From Microcoleaceae cyanobacterium (GTDB lineage Bacteria; Cyanobacteriota; Cyanobacteriia; Cyanobacteriales; Microcoleaceae), in the NCBI GenBank assembly GCA_051652765.1, contig JBOFUV010000034.1:1-64000 (forward strand): 64,000 bases of DNA. Direction: 5' to 3'. The position numbers and the translations under genes are program-made. Below the pieces are notes generated by a model. The model ran no database searches. It was given only the letters and a program-made list of their open reading frames with translations, and was not told where the DNA came from. Shown in pieces: positions 40,100 through 49,963 of this stretch (positions within the stretch are counted from its first letter, which is position 1; each line of letters starts with the position of its first letter).

Positions 40100-40477
40100 A
40101 CTTAGTTTTTTTCAAACCTCTGTTTATTTTCAAACGTCTCTTTTCAAACGTCTATTGTCAAACTAAGAAAGTGTTTTAATTACCCTGGTACTTTAGAGAA
40201 ACTACCTCTGTTGTAATCACTCTTAGGCTCTACACTAATTAATGAAATATCCGTGGTGTAGACTTCTATATGCAGACATCTTACCCGCTGTACGGTCACA
40301 CTTCAAATCAAATTGCTGTAGATCTCTTCAGGAAGTGAGTTAAGATATTATTCGCAACACCTACTGAGATTACGATACTACGCACTGTTATGGATTAGGT
40401 ATGTCGGCTCGGTGTTTTTTATGATACGAGTGGCAAACTATAATGAGGTATAAGGCTTAACGGTTAGGGAATTCATA

Positions 40478-42466
40478 GTGAATCAAGCTACAAATACTGG
40501 TGCAGCTTCCTCTCAACTTTTACCCCTGATTAGAGATTCTGAGCGCCTTGAAAGTCGGTTGAAGGAAATTCCTTCGACTCCAGGGGTGTATTTGATGCGG
40601 GATAAAACAGACAATATTCTCTACATTGGAAAGTCCAAAAAATTGCGATCGCGGGTGCGTTCCTACTTCCGAGATCGTCACTGGCATAGCCCTCGAATTG
40701 CCATGATGGTTCAGCAAGTCGTTGAGATTGAATTTATTGTTACTGACACCGAAGCAGAAGCTCTAGCCCTAGAAGATAATTTAATCAAACAGCATTACCC
40801 TCACTTTAATGTGCTGCTAAAAGATGATAAAAAATATCCTTATCTTTGTATTACCTGGTCAGAAAAATACCCCCGAATTTTTATCACTCGTCGGCGGAGT
40901 CTGAACCATAGGACAGATCGTTATTATGGCCCCTATGTAGATGTCGGAAGGCTTCGGAGTACTCTGGGTTTGGTGAAGCGAGTGTTTCCCCTGCGGCAAC
41001 GTCCTAAACCACTGTTTAAAAATCGCCCCTGTTTAAACTATGATATTGGTCGCTGTCCAGGCGTGTGTCAGGAATTAATTTCCCCAGAAGACTATCATAA
41101 AGTTGTCCAGAAAGTGGCGATGATTTTCCAAGGCAGAACGGGAGAATTGATTGAGATTTTAACTCAACAAATGGAAACTGCTGCTGAGAATTTAAACTTT
41201 GAAACTGCGGCAAGAGCCCGAGATCAAATTAAAGCTTTACAGAGTATTGGCACTGATCAAAAAGTTTCCCTCCCAGATGATCGGGTTTCACGGGATGCGA
41301 TCGCCTTAGCAGCAAATGAAAAGCAAGCTTGTGTGCAACTCTTTCAGATTCGGGCGGGAAAGTTAGTGGGTCGCCTTGGATTTGTTGTTGATGTTAGTAA
41401 TTTCCAGTTTTCTCAACCTCATATTTCAGGAGAAAATCAAACCGAAACAAATGATATTTCAACCGCTCAAGAGTTTGAGCCTCAACCCGAGAAATTCTTG
41501 GAGTTTGGCGTGATTCTCCAAAGAGTTCTAGAGGATCATTACCAAACAGTTGATTCAGTAGAAATCCCCCCAGAAATTCTGGTGCAATATGAATTGCCAG
41601 AGGAGTCAATTTTAGCCAACTGGTTAAGTGAATATAAAGGTCGCAAAGTCACAATTGTTAACCCCCAACGTCAGACCAAGGCTGATCTGGTAGAGATGGT
41701 GGAACGGAATGCTCAGTATGAGCTAGAACGAGTGCAAAAATTTAGCGATCGCAATACCCAAGCGATGCAGGATTTAGCAGAAATTTTAGATTTACCCGAC
41801 CTTCCTCATCGCATCGAAGGGTATGATATTTCTCACATTCAAGGCTCTGATGCCGTCGCATCTCGTGTGGTTTTCATTGATGGTTTACCGGCAAAACAAC
41901 ATTACCGCCATTACAAAATTAAAAACCCAGAAGTGCGTTCAGGACATTCTGATGATTTTGCCAGTTTAGCTGAAGTGATTCAACGCCGGTTTCGAGATTA
42001 CACTGCTTTAGACGAGGCAAAATTAGGGTCTGACAGGCCGGATTTAGTCATGATTGACGGGGGCAAGGGGCAGCTTTCTGCGGTTGTAGAGGTGTTGCGG
42101 AAACTGGACTTATTAGAAGAGTTGAACGTGGTCAGTTTAGCGAAACAAAGAGAGGAAATTTTTCTCCCCGGAGAATCGACTCCCTTGGCAACAGATGCAG
42201 AGCAACCCGGAGTTCAGTTGCTCCGAAGACTTCGGGATGAAGCCCATCGATTTGCCATTAGTTTTCATCGAGAAAAACGCACAGAAAGAATGCGGCGATC
42301 GCGCTTAGATGAGATTCCGGGCTTGGGTTATACCCGCCAAAAACAACTGTTAGCTCATTTTCGTTCTGTCGATTATATCCGGATGGCGACCGTGGAGCAG
42401 CTTGCAGAAGTTGAAGGAATTGGGCCAAAATTAGCCCAGCAAATTTACGATTATCTTCATCCTTAA
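40478..42466 (+). CDS. uvrC: Excinuclease ABC subunit C
   Basis: GIY-YIG (GVY...YIGKS), [26 protein letters not shown], HhH. Confidence 0.97.
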   Translation: MNQATNTGAASSQLLPLIRDSERLESRLKEIPSTPGVYLMRDKTDNILYIGKSKKLRSRVRSYFRDRHWHSPRIAMMVQQVVEIEFIVTDTEAEALALEDNLIKQHYPHFNVLLKDDKKYPYLCITWSEKYPRIFITRRRSLNHRTDRYYGPYVDVGRLRSTLGLVKRVFPLRQRPKPLFKNRPCLNYDIGRCPGVCQELISPEDYHKVVQKVAMIFQGRTGELIEILTQQMETAAENLNFETAARARDQIKALQSIGTDQKVSLPDDRVSRDAIALAANEKQACVQLFQIRAGKLVGRLGFVVDVSNFQFSQPHISGENQTETNDISTAQEFEPQPEKFLEFGVILQRVLEDHYQTVDSVEIPPEILVQYELPEESILANWLSEYKGRKVTIVNPQRQTKADLVEMVERNAQYELERVQKFSDRNTQAMQDLAEILDLPDLPHRIEGYDISHIQGSDAVASRVVFIDGLPAKQHYRHYKIKNPEVRSGHSDDFASLAEVIQRRFRDYTALDEAKLGSDRPDLVMIDGGKGQLSAVVEVLRKLDLLEELNVVSLAKQREEIFLPGESTPLATDAEQPGVQLLRRLRDEAHRFAISFHREKRTERMRRSRLDEIPGLGYTRQKQLLAHFRSVDYIRMATVEQLAEVEGIGPKLAQQIYDYLHP

Positions 42467-42597
42467 AAACACCTGCTTAAAAACACCCGCACGACCTTAC
42501 TCTCAATTTTTGGGTTCCCCAGTTGTGGGTACTGACCCAGTCATCTCAAGATTTGGCCTCAGCCAATGAAGTTCAATCTACTGAAAATTGCTACGCG

Positions 42598-44835
42598 CTA
42601 CTGAGTGTCAGGCTTGTCTGGAGTAACCGGTTTATTCAGCTCAATATTGACCTCTTGAGGTTGTAGGCGAGGCAAGGGTTCATTGGTGGGCGACTCATTA
42701 TAACGATTGCTCGGCTCATTGGGATAGCTTTCAGACTGGGATGGGGTTTGTTGAGGTTCCTCAGGGGGCTCAACGGAAGGCGGATTTAACCACGCTTCCC
42801 AATCCCGAATCTGTCCCTGGGCAGCATAATAAGCAGAACTCCCATAGGGAATTTTTCTTAAGGTTGCGATCGCCCCCTCCACATCATAAGTTGATTGATC
42901 TAGGCCAGTCTGCAAAAGTTGCTGACTCCAATCATCAATCAGTTGGTTCGCTTGACTCCGCCAAGAACTGGACAGGGAAACCCGAGAGGCCAGTTTGATC
43001 GCTAGGGCTAGAGAATCCGCTGTGCCGCCACTAGCTGCCTGCTCTGCACCTTGAATGCTTTGAACATCCTGCAACTGAACTTTCCAGCGATTAATATTGG
43101 ACTGGGCCTCACCATGGAGAACAATTCCGGGTCTGACTTTTCCGGCTAGGGCGATCGCCTGCGTTAATCTTCCCTCTGAAGCCAATTGTTGAGCCTGATC
43201 CAGCAAGGGTTGGTACTCCATGCGCTGACTTCGTTCTGACCACTCAGCAATGCGAGATTGGGCTTCTGAATACAATGATCGATCCTGACTAATTTTTTGG
43301 GCGTGGGTAATCGCCTCCTTCAAAGACTCCACATCTCCAAAGCTAGCCACCTGATCCGCCATTTCCAAGTAGGGCATATCCTCAATTTCTTGAATCCGAT
43401 TTGTCCACCGAATTGCTTCAGCTTCAGCGTCAGACCCTCGGGGGTTAGAGGCGGGGACAGCTCTCAACTGAGCGACGGCAACCTTAAGGTCTCTGACCTC
43501 TCCAGACTGGGCCAGCTTCCGGGCTTTTTCTAACACTCCAACATCCGCAATTTCTCTCTGCCAGTTTTGGATATACTGTTGAGCTTGGCGGTAAAGCGGG
43601 CGATCCCGGCTGATCTTTCTCAACTGGGAAATCGCATCTTTTAGCCCTGCAACAGTATCCAAGGCAGCAGGGGCATGGGCTTGGGCCATCAAGGTGAAAT
43701 CATCAACCTCTTGCCGTAGATTGGCACGATTTGGAATTTGTTTCACAATATTGGACGCTCTCTGCCAGTCTCCCTCCGCTAGAACACCTTCCGCAATTTT
43801 AAGTAAACTTTTGCTGTACTGGGTAATCACCTGAGCCGCCCGATCATAAAGATAGCTTTCCTCGCCGATCTCTTGAACCTTGGTGATCGCCTTGACCAAA
43901 CTTTCCTCACCCCCCCGATCCGCTAAATCTTTCGCTGCAACTAACTTGGCACTCTCTTCACGGGTGATTTGGATCAAATCCGTCAGTTTTCGATACTGGG
44001 TCGTTTCCCAATGTCGGTTGCCCACATTCAAGAGCTGAGTTGCTTCCCGAAAGGCAAGGGTCGTCTCTTCCCGTCGCAACTTTTCCTCAACCTTGCGATA
44101 AATTGCTTCTGCCTTCTTCCAGAGAGACTCCCATGCCCTCACTTGTTCTTCTACTTTGGCATGGGCTGGGGTTCCTTCAGGAACTTTACGAGCACCCTGA
44201 ACCGCACCCGACAAGTCTCCAGCTTGAAAGAGTTCTTCACTGAGGGTGAGAATATCGATTGACCAGCTTTCAATTCGACGATTAATTTCAGGTCGCAGGG
44301 GATGATCTTGCGGTAGTCGATCCACCAATTGAATGGCAGAGAGTAAGTCCTCTGCCGTTTGCTTACCTGCTGCAATTTCAGCACAATAGAGCCTGAGGGA
44401 AGCAGAAGCAACAGGCCAGAAAATTTTAGGGCAATTCGGCAAGGAGGGTGACTTGAGTAAGAGGTTGCTGGCCATATATCCAATCCCTGCTGGAGTTACC
44501 ACCAGCAAAGCTATCCATAGAGGGGCTAGCCGCAGCAGCAATTTCAGCGATATATTTGGTTTAGGGACTGGAGAAGAAGGTGTCAACTGAGATGAATGAG
44601 TCGGCTGGACTAGATTTAAAACATCTGAATTTGTAACAGAGGATGGATCATTCCGGGGCTCTTCCCTGGATACCCGCTTTTCCTGCAGTCCAGAATTGAG
44701 CAATGTACGCAGTTCTCTGAGGCGATCAGCACGACTTTTTCGGGCTGGAGGCTGCTCTGGACTTGGATCTCCAGAGGCTGACGAGGACAAGGATGCATCT
44801 GACCAGGGACTTGGTCTATTGTGCTTTTTACTCAT
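42598..44835 (-). CDS. Conserved cyanobacterial single-TM alpha-helical repeat protein (function unknown)
   Basis: Low-complexity N-terminus, one TM, CPKIFWPVASASLRLYCA, repeated AI..A..I/W helical units, Pro-rich tail. Confidence 0.75.
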   Translation of the reverse strand: MSKKHNRPSPWSDASLSSSASGDPSPEQPPARKSRADRLRELRTLLNSGLQEKRVSREEPRNDPSSVTNSDVLNLVQPTHSSQLTPSSPVPKPNISLKLLLRLAPLWIALLVVTPAGIGYMASNLLLKSPSLPNCPKIFWPVASASLRLYCAEIAAGKQTAEDLLSAIQLVDRLPQDHPLRPEINRRIESWSIDILTLSEELFQAGDLSGAVQGARKVPEGTPAHAKVEEQVRAWESLWKKAEAIYRKVEEKLRREETTLAFREATQLLNVGNRHWETTQYRKLTDLIQITREESAKLVAAKDLADRGGEESLVKAITKVQEIGEESYLYDRAAQVITQYSKSLLKIAEGVLAEGDWQRASNIVKQIPNRANLRQEVDDFTLMAQAHAPAALDTVAGLKDAISQLRKISRDRPLYRQAQQYIQNWQREIADVGVLEKARKLAQSGEVRDLKVAVAQLRAVPASNPRGSDAEAEAIRWTNRIQEIEDMPYLEMADQVASFGDVESLKEAITHAQKISQDRSLYSEAQSRIAEWSERSQRMEYQPLLDQAQQLASEGRLTQAIALAGKVRPGIVLHGEAQSNINRWKVQLQDVQSIQGAEQAASGGTADSLALAIKLASRVSLSSSWRSQANQLIDDWSQQLLQTGLDQSTYDVEGAIATLRKIPYGSSAYYAAQGQIRDWEAWLNPPSVEPPEEPQQTPSQSESYPNEPSNRYNESPTNEPLPRLQPQEVNIELNKPVTPDKPDTQ

Positions 44836-44974
44836 GCGAATGCTACTCTAAGACAACTCTCACCACACTAGTGCTACCTATGCTTCCCACAACACTATTC
44901 GGGGTTTAGCTATTGTCTCAGATTGTATCCTAACCTGCAATCTGCTAGAACAAACTTCTTCATCAGACCTTGAA

Positions 44975-45039
44975 CAGTAAGTTTAGAAGCAGTAAGTTTA
45001 GAAGCAGTAAGTTTAGAAGCAGTAAATTTAGAAGCAGTA
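44975..45039. repeat. 15-bp tandem repeat (CAGTAAGTTTAGAAG, about 4.3 copies)
   Basis: Seen directly. Confidence 0.9.
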
Positions 45040-45062
45040 CAAGTGAGTCTGAGATAATAAAT

Positions 45063-45740
45063 ATGGAAATTGAAATTTTACACCGACCTGACTGCGCGAT
45101 CGCCCAAATCAAACTTGCCCCACGGGAAGAATTAGTAGCAGAGGCAGGCACAATGGTCGCCATGGGCGACAACATTACTGCTAGCACAACTTTAAGACAG
45201 GGAAAAGGAGGTGGAATTCTCGGAGGATTAAAGCGTTTAGTTGCCGGAGAATCTCTTTTCTTGAGTGTGTTTCGTTCGCCAGTAAGTGGGGAAGAAATCT
45301 TTTTAGCGCCAAAATTTCTAGGAGATATTGTGCACTATACTGTGTCCCAGGTGGGGTTGGTAGTACAAGCAAGTTCCTATCTGGCTAGCAGCACAGATGT
45401 TGATGTCGATTTGGGATTTCAAGGATTTAAATCTTTGCTGTCTGGAGAATCTATTTTTTGGCTAGATATTAGTGGTCGGGGAGATCTTTTACTCAGTTCT
45501 TTCGGGGCAATTTATGAAATTGATGTTAAAGATGATTATATTGTTGACACAGGCCATATTGTTGCGTTTGAAAAAAGTCTGAATTTCAAAATTACAAAGC
45601 CTAGTTCGAGTTGGCTAGGATCATTTTTGGGAGGTGAAGGGTTTGTTTGTCGGTTTGAAGGAAAAGGAAAAATCTTCTGTCAAACCCACAATCCTAATAC
45701 GTTTGGTCGCCTAATTGGGCCGATGCTGCCGCCACGATAG
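45063..45740 (+). CDS. TIGR00266/AIM24 family protein
   Basis: AEAGTMVAM, GESLFLS, VDTGHIVAF, GEGFVCRF. Start moved past the tandem repeat. Confidence 0.9.
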   Translation: MEIEILHRPDCAIAQIKLAPREELVAEAGTMVAMGDNITASTTLRQGKGGGILGGLKRLVAGESLFLSVFRSPVSGEEIFLAPKFLGDIVHYTVSQVGLVVQASSYLASSTDVDVDLGFQGFKSLLSGESIFWLDISGRGDLLLSSFGAIYEIDVKDDYIVDTGHIVAFEKSLNFKITKPSSSWLGSFLGGEGFVCRFEGKGKIFCQTHNPNTFGRLIGPMLPPR

Positions 45741-45753
45741 AGATGAGAATTTT

Positions 45754-45815
45754 TTTTAAGCAACACTTTTAAGCAACACTTTTAGACAACACTTTTAGAC
45801 AACAGTTTTAAGCAA
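45754..45815. repeat. 13-bp tandem repeat (TTTTAAGCAACAC / TTTTAGACAACAC, about 4.8 copies)
   Basis: Seen directly. Confidence 0.88.
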
Positions 45816-45923
45816 GGAATGAGTCCTAATTAACCAGGATTGTCATCTCCCCACTTCAAGACTAAAGATTCAGAGCTAACAGTTAGAATCCAACAGTTAG
45901 AATCCAACAGTTCAGGAGTCAAT

Positions 45924-46622
45924 ATGAATCAAAAAATTTCCTATCAAGTCAGTCATGCTCCTTCCTACGCTTCTTTGCAGTTAAAATTGCAACCCAATCA
46001 AACAGTTATTGTTGAAGCAGGGGCAATGGCAGCCATGGATACATGTATCAAAATGAAGTCCAAAATGAAAGGCGGACTAATGAAAGGTTTAGGAAGAATG
46101 CTAACAGGTGAATCTTTATTTCTGAGTGAATTCACCGCAGTCGATCAACCTGGGGAACTCTATTTATCTCCGGGGGTTCCTGGAGAAATTCAACATTATT
46201 ATTTAAATGGTAATTCCCTCCTGGTTCAATCCTCAGGATTTGTTGCCTCAGGAACAGGCGTAGAACTGAATACAAAATTTCAAGGGGTCAAAGGATTTTT
46301 TAGTGGAGAATCTTTGTTTCTGATTCAGGTAACCGGTCATGGAGATCTCTGGTTTAGTTCCTATGGAGCAATTTTAGAAGTGCCTGTAGATGGAGATTAC
46401 TTGGTTGATACTGGCTATGTGGTTGCTTTTGAAGATACATTAAACTACACCGTAGAAATGTTAGGCGGTTTATCGTTTAAAGGATTAAAAACAGGAATTT
46501 TTGGGGGAGAAGGTTTGGTCTGTCGCTTTCGAGGTCAAGGACGACTTTGGGTGCAATCCCGTCACTTATTTCCTTTGATAAACTTCCTCAATCCCTTTCG
46601 ACCCACAAAAAGCAATAATTAA
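45924..46622 (+). CDS. TIGR00266/AIM24 family protein
   Basis: EAGAMAAM, GESLF, GEGLVCRF; AGGAG RBS before ATG 45924. Confidence 0.9.
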   Translation: MNQKISYQVSHAPSYASLQLKLQPNQTVIVEAGAMAAMDTCIKMKSKMKGGLMKGLGRMLTGESLFLSEFTAVDQPGELYLSPGVPGEIQHYYLNGNSLLVQSSGFVASGTGVELNTKFQGVKGFFSGESLFLIQVTGHGDLWFSSYGAILEVPVDGDYLVDTGYVVAFEDTLNYTVEMLGGLSFKGLKTGIFGGEGLVCRFRGQGRLWVQSRHLFPLINFLNPFRPTKSNN

Positions 46623-46887
46623 CAATAATTGGTCATAACTAAGCTACTGCCCTGCAATTTCTGCATCTGTTCACTCATATAATTCTCACAGTTTTTGTAC
46701 TTTTCTAATCCGTTTGCTAAGGCTGAGCTTGACGGGAAGCGTCCTATTGCCCATGTGTCTAGTCTATTGCTTGTTAAAGTTGAACTGAACCCTCCACTGT
46801 GAAAATTTGCCTTATAATTTTGCCTTATAGTACTGGGCTTAAACCAGAAGTTGCCTGCGCTGAGCCGTTTGAAAAAAGGAAAAGATC

Positions 46888-48129
46888 ATGTCAGAGTGGA
46901 AAGAAATCCCCGGTGGAGTGACCGCGCCAAAGGGTTATCAGGCAGCAGGGATTGCTGCCGGTCTCAAGCCTTCAGGGGCACTAGATTTAGCCTTGATTCT
47001 TTCGGAAGTCGGTGCGATCGCCGCAGGGGTCTTTACCACCAGTCAGGTTCGGGCCGCTTGTGTAGATTACTGCCGCCAACGGCTACAGACCAAAGCCAGC
47101 GCTAGAGCAATTCTCTGTAATGCTGGGCAGGCTAATGCTGCCACTGGAGAACAGGGATGGGCCGATGCCTTGGAAAGTGCCGAGGTGTTGGGCAGGGCGT
47201 TAAATATTCCCCCAGATTTAATCCTGCTCGCCTCAACAGGGGTGATTGGTCAACGGATTAGGATGGATGCTCTCAAAGCCGGGATTCCAAAACTCGTAGC
47301 CCAAGCCTCAACCGAAGGCGGAGAAATTGTTGCAAAAGCCATTCTCACCACGGATTTAGTGCCAAAATCCATTGCGCTGGAGGCTCATTTTGGCGATCGC
47401 CCGGTTCGGATTGGCGGGATCGCCAAGGGCTCAGGCATGATTCACCCCAATATGGCAACGATGTTGGCCTTCATTACTTGTGATGCTGCCGTATCTCCTC
47501 TGCTTTGGCAAGAAATGCTCAGTCGGGCGGCCAACCGGAGTTTTAACCAAATTACCGTTGATGGAGATACCAGTACGAATGATGCTCTGATTGCCCTGGC
47601 TAATGGTCAATCCCGCACCCCAGCCATTACAGACAAAGGCCCGGAAGCCGACAAACTAGAAGCAATGTTAACTGAAGTTTGCGAACATCTGGCTAAGGCA
47701 GTCGCCCGCGACGGAGAAGGCGCAACTTGTCTGATTGAGGTTCAGGTGAGCGGTGCGATTGATGAAGATGCTGCGAGTAAGATTGCAAGAACAATTGCTG
47801 GATCGTCTCTGGTCAAGTCTGCTATTTTTGGCCGTGATCCAAACTGGGGGAGAATTGCTGCAGCAGCAGGCCGAGCAGGAGTTCGGTTTGATCAAGACCA
47901 GTTACAAATTCAGTTGGGTGATTTTCTGCTGATGCAGAAGGGTCAGCCGTTGCCTTTTGATCGTAGGGCTGCGAGTGACTATCTGAAGCAAGTTCCTCAA
48001 AAAGTCTATCTCAAGGAAGATACCGTTCAGATTTCTGTTGCGGTAGGAGAGGGCATCGGCAGAGCCAAAGCTTGGGGCTGCGACTTGAGTTATGACTATG
48101 TCAAGATTAATGCAGAGTACACAACGTAA
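46888..48129 (+). CDS. argJ: Bifunctional ornithine acetyltransferase / N-acetylglutamate synthase
   Basis: KGSGMIHPNMATML, DGDTSTND, DGEGAT, INAEYTT. Confidence 0.97.
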   Translation: MSEWKEIPGGVTAPKGYQAAGIAAGLKPSGALDLALILSEVGAIAAGVFTTSQVRAACVDYCRQRLQTKASARAILCNAGQANAATGEQGWADALESAEVLGRALNIPPDLILLASTGVIGQRIRMDALKAGIPKLVAQASTEGGEIVAKAILTTDLVPKSIALEAHFGDRPVRIGGIAKGSGMIHPNMATMLAFITCDAAVSPLLWQEMLSRAANRSFNQITVDGDTSTNDALIALANGQSRTPAITDKGPEADKLEAMLTEVCEHLAKAVARDGEGATCLIEVQVSGAIDEDAASKIARTIAGSSLVKSAIFGRDPNWGRIAAAAGRAGVRFDQDQLQIQLGDFLLMQKGQPLPFDRRAASDYLKQVPQKVYLKEDTVQISVAVGEGIGRAKAWGCDLSYDYVKINAEYTT

Positions 48130-48296
48130 GTAGTCAACGTAAGTAGTCACTATTCAAAAGATTGGGTCTTAGGGGCCACACCTTGTCTCCTTAAATCTTA
48201 GATGTTCTTGAGCTTAAAACCTTGCCCTCCCTGGGAGAAAGCTTTAAGCTATTGAGTGCGTAAAGTTTCTTGTAGATATTTTTCAGAAATAGTGTC

Positions 48297-48677
48297 TTGA
48301 ACGATCAGCTTGTTAACACTGAAATTGAGAGTAGGCTCAGGCGGGTTGTCTTGATTGTTCTAATTGTGGCCTTGGGAATTCTGACCTGGGTTGCTACTGA
48401 TCGAGTACTGAGAGTTTCAGATCCCTATGTCGAGAGCGTACTGACTCAGGTTGGTGATTCAACCAGAGGCCATGCGATTTTTTTAATGAACTGTGCAGGA
48501 TGCCATGCCCAGCAGTCAGGCCGTCAAGTTGGGCCAAGTCTACATGAAGTTTCTCAACGCAAGTCTCAGGTGAGGATTATTAAGCAGGTGATTAGTGGAA
48601 AGACTCCCCCAATGCCACAGTTTCAGCCGAATCCTCAAGAGATGGCTGATTTGTTGAGCTATATAGAACGGCTCTAG
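48297..48677 (+). CDS. cytM: Cytochrome cM-like c-type cytochrome
   Basis: N-terminal TM, CAGCH heme motif, GKTPPMPQF, MADLLSY; TTG start. Confidence 0.85.
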   Translation: MNDQLVNTEIESRLRRVVLIVLIVALGILTWVATDRVLRVSDPYVESVLTQVGDSTRGHAIFLMNCAGCHAQQSGRQVGPSLHEVSQRKSQVRIIKQVISGKTPPMPQFQPNPQEMADLLSYIERL

Positions 48678-48721
48678 GCAGAGATTGATCTCCTTCTTAG
48701 GCTGTGAAGTGAAGTTTGGCC

Positions 48722-48751
48722 TTGACGAATAGAGGTTGGTTCAAGTAAGAT
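48722..48751 (+). promoter_or_regulatory. Putative tRNA promoter
   Basis: TTGACG-18 bp-TAAGAT just upstream of the tRNA. Confidence 0.55.
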
Positions 48752-48768
48752 TGAAAATGCTGAAATAA

Positions 48769-48841
48769 GGGGCTATAACTCAGTTGGTAGAGTGTCACAA
48801 TGGCATTGTGAAAGTCAGCGGTTCGAGTCCGCTTAGCTCCA
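48769..48841 (+). tRNA. tRNA-Ala(GGC), CCA not encoded
   Basis: GGGGCTA/TAGCTCC acceptor stem with G3:U70, TCACA/TGTGA anticodon stem around GGC, GTTCGAG T-loop; 73 nt. Confidence 0.96.
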
Positions 48842-49027
48842 TCTCCCAAAGTCAATCTCATCCATACGTTTAGGGGTTTGTTTTTTAAACAACCTAGTTA
48901 ATGGGTGTCACAATTACGATTCAAAGGCTCTACTTCACCCTGATGAAGAAAAGCTGAGAAGGATGGCCGGAATCTTATTTTTTAGTCAATTGTTAAAGAT
49001 ATCTTTCCAGCAAGAGGCGATCGGTCA

Positions 49028-49924
49028 TCAATACCGCCGAATGTTAAAACAACACCATTCTGCGCGTTTCCATAGCGTTGCGACAATCCAGCCATGCTGC
49101 TCTAGGGTATCAGCAATTGGCTTGGCTTGATCCAATAAAACGCCACTGAGAATGCCCCAAGAAGTTGGTTTAACCAAGATTTCAAATTTAGGGATGAGGT
49201 CAATAATGACCTCAGCCAAAATATTACACATGAGACCATCAACGGGTTCATCTATGATTTCTATCAATCGTTCAATGCTGCCCTGTTCTACAATGAATTG
49301 CTGAGGCAGAATGCGATTAAGCTTACGGTTCATCCGAGACGACTGAATTGCCAGGGAATCTGTGTCCACGCCGTAGACTTTCCCAGCTCCTAGCAAAATT
49401 GCTCCAAGGGAGAGAATTCCAGAGCCACAGCCAATATCTGCTAGCACTAAACGGTGATTATCGGAACCGGAGCCCAATCGCATTTCTAGAGACTCTAAAC
49501 AAAGCTGAGTAGTGGCATGGGCACCCGTCCCAAAGGCAACACCCGGATCTAAGCGCAGGAGCAGACGGTCTATAGGCCCCGGAGAATCTAACCAAGCCGG
49601 ATAGATTAAAAAGCGATCGCCAATCTCCGTCGGTTCCCAATGCTGCTTCCAGCTACTTGACCAGTCCTGCTCATCGATCAAATCCCATCGAACAACGGGG
49701 ATAGGAGCCTCCATGCAGAGAGCATCCTGGCGGAACCTCAAGGCCAAGGCCGCTAAATCCAGTAAACGAGCATCCTCTTCCGGTAGATAAGCGGTGACGA
49801 CCCGCAACTGGTTCTTGCTCTCAGTGGCAGTTCCCCGACAGCCAAAGTTCTCCAGCCGCCAGAAGACAGAATCTTCTAGGGCTGGATCACAGAGAACGTT
49901 AATTTCCCACCAGCTATGAACCAT
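49028..49924 (-). CDS. prmA: Ribosomal protein L11 methyltransferase
   Basis: [31 protein letters not shown]. Confidence 0.96.
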   Translation of the reverse strand: MVHSWWEINVLCDPALEDSVFWRLENFGCRGTATESKNQLRVVTAYLPEEDARLLDLAALALRFRQDALCMEAPIPVVRWDLIDEQDWSSSWKQHWEPTEIGDRFLIYPAWLDSPGPIDRLLLRLDPGVAFGTGAHATTQLCLESLEMRLGSGSDNHRLVLADIGCGSGILSLGAILLGAGKVYGVDTDSLAIQSSRMNRKLNRILPQQFIVEQGSIERLIEIIDEPVDGLMCNILAEVIIDLIPKFEILVKPTSWGILSGVLLDQAKPIADTLEQHGWIVATLWKRAEWCCFNIRRY

Positions 49925-49963
49925 ATTCTCACCTTAGGATGGAGGAACTTGGCAAGAAAACCA

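Noticed and set aside
44975..45039. Tandem arrays as possible CRISPR repeats (also 37006 and 45754)
   Set aside because: Units are 12-15 bp, head-to-tail with no spacers, and no cas genes are present
44963..45187. ORF-track extension MNSKFRSSKFRSS... and the antisense LLLN-repeat ORF
   Set aside because: Both are translations of the 15-bp tandem repeat; the family-like sequence begins at ATG 45063
48842..49027. tRNA-Ala as an integration site
   Set aside because: No integrase and no duplicated tRNA 3' end seen; prmA follows directly
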